A stretch of 64,000 bases of DNA from Nitrosopumilaceae archaeon (GTDB lineage Archaea; Thermoproteota; Nitrososphaeria; Nitrososphaerales; Nitrosopumilaceae): NCBI GenBank assembly GCA_965208905.1, contig OZ242365.1, forward strand, positions 672,001 to 736,000, given 5' to 3'. The translations under genes were made by a program, and so were the position numbers. The notes below the pieces were generated by a model. It saw nothing but the letters and a program-made list of their open reading frames with translations, was not told the DNA's origin and did not search any database. Positions 36,882 to 45,200 of the stretch are shown here, piece by piece (within the stretch, counting starts at the first letter, position 1; each line of letters opens with the position of its first letter).

Positions 36882-39566
36882 ATGAACCAAACATATAGTA
36901 TGATATTTTGTCTGAGCGTTATCGTTGTGAGTATGATGTATGTGCATGCATACGCTGAGATAGCCACTGTATCCCAGATAACTCAGGTGGTACTGAATAC
37001 TCAACTATACGTCGATAATGAGAGGTTTGATGCGTACCCCATATATTATCCAGATAATATACCTGATGAGCCTATAACTGGAGCGCTGATACACTACACC
37101 GACTCATCTGTTGATACATTTAACCAAATAGTTCTAGTGGAGATAAATGCAACCCTCCCCATACATGATGTCCTAAAAGATCTACGGGGCGCCAGTGCAG
37201 TTATAATGTATGGCATACATGACTGGACAATATCTGAGGATGCCCTCACAGAGACCCCTGCCATACGTGTGTCTGGTGACGATGGCTCCTCTTTAGTATC
37301 TCTGGCTGGCTCTGATGCCTTTGTGCTGTATGGACCTGGTATATATGATGCTCTGGATAGGGCTCGGGACGTTGAGACCATTATGGTATCTGAGAGGGTA
37401 TTTGCTATTGTAACTAGTGGGGACGGTGCACAAATAATAGATATCACTGATCCCACTTGGCCGGTACCCGCCCAAACCATAGAACCCATAGATATAGAAG
37501 AGTATCTGGACCTAACGACAGTTACAGTATCTGATACGCCCTACGCTATAATAGGTGGTAAACTAGGCATAGAGATATTCAATATTACAAATCCATACAA
37601 CCCAACACTGGCAAGTGTTATGCTGGACGGCAGTAATTTTGATACACTGCGAGGAGTACAAGATATAGAGACATTTACTCTAGCAGGAGGTACATACGCA
37701 ATAGCGACCAGCTATGATGATGATGGAATACAGCTAATAGATATCACAAATCCGTACAGACCATCGCCCACCAGCAGTGCGACAGATGGTATAGATGGCT
37801 TTGAGGCTCTAGGTGGCGCAAAGGGAGTTGATATAACAACAATATCTGACAGACTATACGCTATTGTGGCCGGGTATAGGGATGATGCCATACAACTTGT
37901 AGATATAATCAACCCTTTCCGTCCACTACCAATTGGAACATATCCCAACTCTACACAGACAGACCTCATGAGTGGGGCAACTGATGTCGAGACCGTAGAG
38001 ACCAATGAGGGCATATTGGCTATCGTAACTGGTCACAACGATGACTCTATTCAAATTGTAAACATAACAACCCCTACAATGCCACTAGATGAGGTTACAG
38101 TTGTGGATGGTACCGGCCGTTACACCGGTTTGGCTGGGGCTACAGAGGTATCCCTAATTGAAATATCCGGAACCACACATGCTGTAATAACCGGAACTGA
38201 TGATGATGCCGTACAGATAATAAGTATTGACAGTCGGGCAAACATCCGTCATGTCAGCAATACGCTGGATGATGAGGACTATGACTTTAAGTTAGATAGG
38301 GCGTTAGGCGTTGATACTGTAACCATTGATGGTACACCATACGCAATAGTTGCCAACCATAACTCTGATGGCATAGAGATAATAGATTTGAGTAGGCCTG
38401 CCTCCCCGGCTTTGGTCAGTGGTGCCTTTGATGTTGATGACACTGAATTGGTAGTGGAAGGCTCTTGGGGCTTGGATGTATTTACAATATCCGACAAGAC
38501 ATATGGTATAGTTGCCAACTATCATGATGATGCTGTACAGATAATTGACATAACAAACCCTCGTGTACCCCAACCTGTAGTTAGCCTACTGGAGGATGTA
38601 GACACTAATGATCTGGATGGCGCCACCGATGTGGAAGTCTTTGTTGTAAATGACAGAACATACGCTGCAGTTGCCAGTTATGAGGATGATGCTATACAAC
38701 TATTAGACATAACAGACCCTGCATCACCTGAGATATTAGAGCCTGCAATTGATGGAGAGGATGGCTTTACGGCGCTGGATGGCGCCCTTGATATTGATGT
38801 ACTGTCTCTGGGAGGTCGAATCTACGCGATGGTCGCCAGCTATGAAGAGGATGCAATCCAGATACTCGACTTGACCAATCCCAACTTTCCACTTCCATTA
38901 AGTGTAGTACAGCGGGATGTGGACTATGTTCGGGATGATGACTTTGGTAGGGAGGAGACTGAGACTGCAATAGGTCTGGATGGACCTAGTGGTATTGACA
39001 TGATGGTTGTAAATGGTCGTATATATGGTGTAATAGCAAGCCAGAATGATGATATCGTTCTAGTACTGGACATCAACAACCCTACCATACCCTGGCCTGC
39101 CAGTTTCATGTATGATGGTAATAGAGGCTTTAATACTCTGGATGGGGCCTCAGATGTGGAGATTGTAAATATTGGCGGTGTACCTTATGGTGTTGTAACT
39201 GCCAAGTGGGATCGTGGAGTACAGATAATTGATCTATCTGATCCGGAGTCGCCCGCCCCCGTGTCTGCCATATCTGATAACACTGATGGATTTGAGGCTC
39301 TAGCTGGCGCCAACAAAGTAGAGATAGTACCCTCTCCCATCGGTACACTTGCTATTGTGTCCAGCATACTTGATGATGCAGTTCAAGTCATTGATGTGTC
39401 GAATCCTGAAAATCCACTACCGGTACAACATGCTTTTGATCGTATAGACGGCTTTGACTCTCTGAAGGGTGCTGATGATATTGCGGCATTTTTAATTGAT
39501 GGTAATCTGTACATAATGGTGGCCGGTGTTGAAGACCGCGCCATACAAATCATGACTGTATCTTGA
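36882..39566 (+). CDS. Secreted LVIVD-like repeat beta-propeller protein with an N-terminal PA-like domain
   Basis: Signal peptide; GASAVIMY..PAIRVSGDDG; repeats of YAIV...DDAIQIIDITNP..P. Confidence 0.82.
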   Translation: MNQTYSMIFCLSVIVVSMMYVHAYAEIATVSQITQVVLNTQLYVDNERFDAYPIYYPDNIPDEPITGALIHYTDSSVDTFNQIVLVEINATLPIHDVLKDLRGASAVIMYGIHDWTISEDALTETPAIRVSGDDGSSLVSLAGSDAFVLYGPGIYDALDRARDVETIMVSERVFAIVTSGDGAQIIDITDPTWPVPAQTIEPIDIEEYLDLTTVTVSDTPYAIIGGKLGIEIFNITNPYNPTLASVMLDGSNFDTLRGVQDIETFTLAGGTYAIATSYDDDGIQLIDITNPYRPSPTSSATDGIDGFEALGGAKGVDITTISDRLYAIVAGYRDDAIQLVDIINPFRPLPIGTYPNSTQTDLMSGATDVETVETNEGILAIVTGHNDDSIQIVNITTPTMPLDEVTVVDGTGRYTGLAGATEVSLIEISGTTHAVITGTDDDAVQIISIDSRANIRHVSNTLDDEDYDFKLDRALGVDTVTIDGTPYAIVANHNSDGIEIIDLSRPASPALVSGAFDVDDTELVVEGSWGLDVFTISDKTYGIVANYHDDAVQIIDITNPRVPQPVVSLLEDVDTNDLDGATDVEVFVVNDRTYAAVASYEDDAIQLLDITDPASPEILEPAIDGEDGFTALDGALDIDVLSLGGRIYAMVASYEEDAIQILDLTNPNFPLPLSVVQRDVDYVRDDDFGREETETAIGLDGPSGIDMMVVNGRIYGVIASQNDDIVLVLDINNPTIPWPASFMYDGNRGFNTLDGASDVEIVNIGGVPYGVVTAKWDRGVQIIDLSDPESPAPVSAISDNTDGFEALAGANKVEIVPSPIGTLAIVSSILDDAVQVIDVSNPENPLPVQHAFDRIDGFDSLKGADDIAAFLIDGNLYIMVAGVEDRAIQIMTVS

Positions 39567-39653
39567 ATGAACGACAGTCTCTACACCAGTAGGCATTGCG
39601 GTACTCTACAGATGGTGTGTATCTGCGACATGGTTGTGCAATTAATACCGCCG

Positions 39654-39678
39654 TAGGCAGCACCGCCTGCCTATTTTT
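39654..39678 (+). terminator. Hairpin followed by a T-tract
   Basis: TAGGCAG-CACCGC-CTGCCTA-TTTTT downstream of the propeller gene. Confidence 0.4.
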
Positions 39679-39855
39679 GGAGACTTATTGAATAATTATC
39701 GAGTTCGTTTAAACTTTCATGAATGTCGTGGGCAACCCACTCGAAGTGGGCAAGAGTAGAATTAAACGGGGCACATGTGTGATGGGATGTCATCCGGACT
39801 TTTAGATTTCAAGGCCCTGACTACCGGATCTGTTGGTAATACGGCAAACGACGCA

Positions 39856-40647
39856 TTACAACCTTGCCATCTCCGTAATTACCCGTGAAATCTCATCTTT
39901 GTCTGTGCCCAGCACCCGCGAAACCAGATTATAATCATGATCAGTGAATCTGGAAACCGTTGAGATGATCTTTGCAGAACCAGCCATCCTATGAACACTC
40001 TGTTTTATATCCGAAAATTCAACATCCGAATACCACACAAGTGAATAGATGTCGGCGATGTCCTTGATCCTCTTGTTCTCCTTGGACCTACCCACGACAG
40101 AATTTATCTTCATGGAAGTTAGTACATCTGGATATGGTATCATCGTCTCCAGCCCAAAATATGCTGAAATGGTAAATAGGTTATCCGCAAAAACATGTGT
40201 AAGCAGTGGCTCGTCTATTGGATCTAGTCCAAAGAGCACTTTGATTTTAGGATGGATTTTGTCAACTATTGGGTCTACGAACAGGTCTAACATTTCATAT
40301 TTGGGGTGCGTTCTAAATTCATCTTCTCCCAACAACCGCCCGGTCCCAACATCATAATGTTGGACAAAACGCGATCCTACTCCGTAATACCCTATTTTCT
40401 CTAAGATTTCAATCGACTTGGCAAACGCAGACTCCTGCAACTGCCTATCAGACCATGTTTCATCCACATGAAAGCCGAGATCAATATCGCGTGAACCGAT
40501 GTAATCCCGGCCCTGCTCATCGCTAAAGTTTTTGTTTACCGTGGCGTACACTGCCCACCCGCCCAGCAGACATACGGGTTCCTTGACATGTGAAACGACG
40601 ATAGACAAGTTTGATTTTGAGATGTCTATTTCATCTTTGGTGTACGT
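39856..40647 (-). CDS. Nucleotidyltransferase-fold protein (AbiEii-like type IV toxin)
   Basis: LLGGWAV..SRDIDL signature and SMK..R..K..KDIADIY. Frame is open to ACG at 40647 behind a GGAGG SD; first standard start is TTG 40608. Confidence 0.75.
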   Translation of the reverse strand, partial: TYTKDEIDISKSNLSIVVSHVKEPVCLLGGWAVYATVNKNFSDEQGRDYIGSRDIDLGFHVDETWSDRQLQESAFAKSIEILEKIGYYGVGSRFVQHYDVGTGRLLGEDEFRTHPKYEMLDLFVDPIVDKIHPKIKVLFGLDPIDEPLLTHVFADNLFTISAYFGLETMIPYPDVLTSMKINSVVGRSKENKRIKDIADIYSLVWYSDVEFSDIKQSVHRMAGSAKIISTVSRFTDHDYNLVSRVLGTDKDEISRVITEMARL

Positions 40648-41272
40648 ATCGACCCTCCTCCCTTTCCATCAACATCTCTGCTGCCTCAATACACGGCCCA
40701 CCATCCATCAAGAGATCGACAACCAGCTGTGGTATGGATACTGTCTTTAGTCCGTTATACTCGACTGAATTGTAAAAAACGTACTCATCCCCGATTAAAA
40801 CCCTAGTGTTTCCTTTACCAACAAGTCCATTCTGCGACAGTATCCCATGCCATTTTGCTTGGTCATTGACATGGATGTAAAAGTCCGTTCGGGATGGAAA
40901 AAGGTATTGCTGTACCAAATTTTCAGCGACATACGTGGTAAGCGCGTATTCCATCCCTGCAGATTTGAGAAGATCAAGCGGTTTTTTAATCATATATTCT
41001 CTTTTCTCGGGAACAACTCGAGAGTCCCTCCAAAGCAAGACGAGATCCCTAAAATTTACTACCCTGGTCTGTTCTACCAAACCTTTGTTCTCTAGGTCCC
41101 CGAGACAATCATGAACCCAAGAATATGCCACTCCTGTCGCTTTTGCCACCTGATATTTTGTATTGTCACCGCTAGGATTGTTCAGCAACGTTCGGAATAT
41201 CCTCTCTCTCTTGTGGCCCCTCTTTCTTTTATGCGTCTGACTATATCGGTATGCTTTAAATAGTTTATTCAT
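40631..41272 (-). CDS. wHTH protein with AbiEi-like C-terminal domain (type IV antitoxin)
   Basis: HTH (KYQVAKATGVAYSWVH..LENKGLV), YALT, VSIPQLVVDLL..GG..EAAE; overlaps the toxin start. Confidence 0.75.
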   Translation of the reverse strand: MNKLFKAYRYSQTHKRKRGHKRERIFRTLLNNPSGDNTKYQVAKATGVAYSWVHDCLGDLENKGLVEQTRVVNFRDLVLLWRDSRVVPEKREYMIKKPLDLLKSAGMEYALTTYVAENLVQQYLFPSRTDFYIHVNDQAKWHGILSQNGLVGKGNTRVLIGDEYVFYNSVEYNGLKTVSIPQLVVDLLMDGGPCIEAAEMLMEREEGRYVHQR

Positions 41273-41289
41273 TACCGATATATCGGTAA
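41272..41289. promoter_or_regulatory. Perfect 18-bp palindrome, candidate autorepression operator
   Basis: TTACCGATATATCGGTAA abutting the antitoxin start; related half-sites near 41243 and 41311. Confidence 0.7.
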
Positions 41290-41473
41290 CTTGTCTAATA
41301 TTTAATCTTGACCGATACAGGCTTGGTTGTCTTTGAGACGGTCTTTTGTTTTGCCATGTCTTCTATTACCAATTGGTAATATAAGGATGATCATTAAAAT
41401 ACGATCATCGCGGGCTGCAGCACTACGCGCAGGCCGGCAGTGGCGTTATAAACATCGCTTTACAATAACATAC

Positions 41474-41647
41474 ATGACCAAATGGGCGGCAAACGCCAAG
41501 GAATTCAGGGTGTCTATAACGCACAACGTAAAGAGGTGCACCAGCTACAACTACATTCCAAAGCCGATTCTTGCCAAACTTGGCAATCCAAAAGGATTGA
41601 AGTTTGTCATACAAGACGACAAGATACTAGTCACCGGTTCGGACTAG
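41474..41647 (+). CDS. Small AbrB/MazE-like protein
   Basis: MTKW..YIPKPILAKLGNPKGLKFVIQDDKILV swapped-hairpin-like pattern; TTATAAA upstream. Confidence 0.6.
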   Translation: MTKWAANAKEFRVSITHNVKRCTSYNYIPKPILAKLGNPKGLKFVIQDDKILVTGSD

Positions 41648-41822
41648 ACCAGACTGCTCAAAAATACACCAGAACACCATCAACCGAATTTGCAAGAGAA
41701 CCGATATTGGTTTTGAATTAGAACACAGTTCCAAATTTTGATACGGATGGTGTAGCGAAAGTACATGTGGTTTAGCTGAAAATAACATAAATTATATATA
41801 CAATATTTTGTATCATATATAT

Positions 41823-42189
41823 ATGGTGAAAGCAGATGCGCTAGCTCAGAAGACGTATGATGCTGCCAAACTCGCAGATTCAATGGGGGCTTCTGATGTT
41901 GCTGAGACTATGAGGGCCGCAGGTGATGAGGTGTTGGAGTTGGCCAGACTTGCCAGAGAAGTCGGAGAAGATATCCAAGATACTATCTCGACTGGGGCAT
42001 GTAGTGAAAACACTTGACCGCGATACTAACTCTGTGATTGAAAACTTTGAAAAGACATCTAAACATTATATAGAATATGACCGGTACATGAATGCGTCAA
42101 GGGAAGGAAAGCAGTTTGTCGAAAATGACATTACGATGATTCGACTCCTTCAGGATGATTTGCAAAAGATTAGGGAAGATGAAGATTAA
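41823..42189 (+). pseudogene. Helical hypothetical protein apparently split by a frameshift near 41970
   Basis: MVKADALA..EVGED continues plausibly as ISKILSRLG.. in the overlapping frame. Confidence 0.45.
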
Positions 42190-42274
42190 TTACGGTACGC
42201 GTGATCTAACGGACATGCGGCCATTCTACAACTCTGATGTGCGGACTGCAATCAGTCACATTTGTAGCAAAGAT

Positions 42275-45200
42275 ATGTTTGTCATAATAATTGTCGCCAG
42301 CGTACTTGCGTATACGATTCCGGATGTCGTACCTGTCGCATATGCGGACAACACATTGTATGTATCTGCCGAGAGTGACATGTTTGAGAACCACTTTGTT
42401 GGTGCTCAGGTCATTGAGGTCATTGTTGCTAATGATCAATACACAAACCGTAATGTGTCATTCATGCCTACCGTGACCGTAAATAACAACCCACTTTTAA
42501 TGGTACAGGCCCAAAGCGGTAACTGGTACGGCTACTTTGTTGAGATGGACAAGGCTAAGGTGGCTAGTGCAAACGGCGCCATATACTATGGCGAAATGAC
42601 CGAGATACAATATGATTTCAGTACCGTCTTGAACCTGTATTTGCTGGAGTGGCCATTTGATGAAGCATATGGTCACTATGCACTCAAAGAGCCAGCAGTC
42701 GGACATCTTATCTTTGGAGAGTACTATTATAGTGGGACGCCAATACTTGCATATAGTTTTACTGAAGGTGATGATGTTGAGGTAAAGCTACACAACGGCG
42801 CATCAACAGAGTCTGTAACTCTCAGATATGATACTGTAGAAGATTACGCTGGCTTGCTACTTGATAGAGGCACATACCCCCAAAATGCTCATGTCCACAT
42901 TGCCATTACCGATACGTGGTTGAATATTGACCCGACATCTGAAGATATCTGGACCATGACTACTGGAGATGACCCTAGTCTATACTATGGTGTAGATAAT
43001 GTTGGTGATGTAGCGGTTGATACTTTCGATTTGATGTGTGATGTTAACTGTGTTTTAATAGTCAACAAAGATCTGCAGAATCAGGGTGATGTGTTAGAGC
43101 TATCACCGAATTTTGATAGGTACAGATTAACTGATACTGATATAGAACAGTTCTCTATTAGATTTGGAGAGGTTTCTCCCAACTCTGGTGTCTTTACAAA
43201 CAGTGATGATTATGGTGGGGCAAACGTAGTGATAACCGATACAGCCAGAAGGGGTACTACTGCTACCATTGACTATAATGATTCCCCAATTGATATTGCA
43301 GTCGCTAACAGCTTTGCTCGTATTGACATACAATTACAGGACGATACATGGAACTCTGGTGAAGAGATTCCAGTAATTATCGAAGATGATGATGCCAACA
43401 GGAATGGTGCTTGGAGTGAAAGTATGGTGGTGTCTGACCCCAAATCCATCATTCCAACACTAGTCATTGGCAGTCCAATCACACTGGATGATAATTCCAT
43501 GTATAGTACTGGCGATGATAACTACATGAGTACTGAAACCACAACCTTCTCAAAGAGGGGTAGTGTCAGTGTTGATGGCAACACCTTGGTCTTACACTAT
43601 GACGGTCAACCATTAAACCTGCTTGACCATGGGCCTGACTTTGAAGGCTTTATCTACTTTAACTATCACTTTGAGTCTCTAACCGAAGATTCGGTTAGTG
43701 TTACATTGACCAATGCCGACAGCGTTGATGCCGTAGTAGCTGATAACTGCATGACCGATAATATTGGTATGACACTAGACTGTCTTGTGGTAGCTGGGGC
43801 TATAACATCCTCACAAAGCGATGACATTCTAGACTTTGACGAGATTCCAGACTTTGGTAGTGATGCATGTAGCGCCACACTTGTGGATGACGGAGATGCG
43901 ATTGGCTACTTGAACGTAGATGATGCTCTTGGTATGTTAGACAACTGTAATGACAATGATGACATTGTCCTTGTGGTTAATGGCATGCTTGAGGGTGATC
44001 ATGCACCTGTTGTAGCCGACTTTATGGCCTTTGGATACACTGATGATGGAGTTCAAGGCAGCGAACGTGTTGCAGACCAAATTATCAGAATAGAGGCTGA
44101 AGAGACCGATGATAACACAGGTGTCTTTGAAGGTTCTCTGGAGTATATCATGGTGAATCAGTTGAATGTCCTAGATCAAGACACTTATGACAGTGTTGAT
44201 CCTATTAGCGATGCACCTATCTTCATAGTATTTGAAGATATGACCGATGAGAATGCACCAAAAGTCACATACCTAGACTTGGGCGCCGATGGCGTTTACA
44301 CACAGATATCTGACAGCCAGGATGTCCCTTCACACTCTGGTGTCGTAACATTTGATTCTGGCAATTACAAGATTGCCGATACTGTCACAGTTACTCTAAA
44401 CGACCCAGACTTGAACACAGATTCAGAACTTATTGATATCTATACCGTAGTGCGTGATAGCGACTCAAGTGTTTTTGGAAAAGTTGGATCTGACTTGGGA
44501 GTTAAAGAGACGTTTGGTGATCTAGGCAGATTACTGGATATTACGTTTGATAATTGGGACTGGCCAAGTGCTAGCAATTGTGATTTCAATGGTAATGCCG
44601 ATGGTCTTCAAGCAACCGGCTTTTCGCTAGTTGAGACCGGCGTTGCAACCGGCATCTTTACTGGTGACTTCCAAATACCAGCAGAATGGTGTTATGACGG
44701 CTGGCTTGAGTCTACTGCTGGGTATGACATCCAAGTCAACTATGTAGACTTTAGAGATGAATCTGGTGACATCATGGAAGTGGGCGACAGCTCTGCTGTT
44801 GGAGCACACACCGGCTCTGTCTCGCTCGACAGAACCGTTTATCCGGTACCGTTTGGTTTGCCTGAGAACTTTGGTCATGATAAAGACCACGAGGCCGATC
44901 CAGACAACGAATCATTCTTCCCCATACACTCTACAGGATTTGATGGTGACAGCGGTTTGAAGTATATCAACGCTGGTGACCTCACAATCCATGTACGAGT
45001 AACTGATACTGACTATGATGTATCTGCCACCAGTCAGGATACGATTAGTCAGGCAGTTGAGGGCACAGATCACACTGGTCCCGTCAAAGTGATGGTAAAG
45101 AGAGGCTCATCCTATCTTGTGTTAGGTTATGCAGGAGGTCCGGAGGAGACCGGCGATAGAGCAGGATTCCTCAAGACCGACTCTGATACTGTAAGACAGT

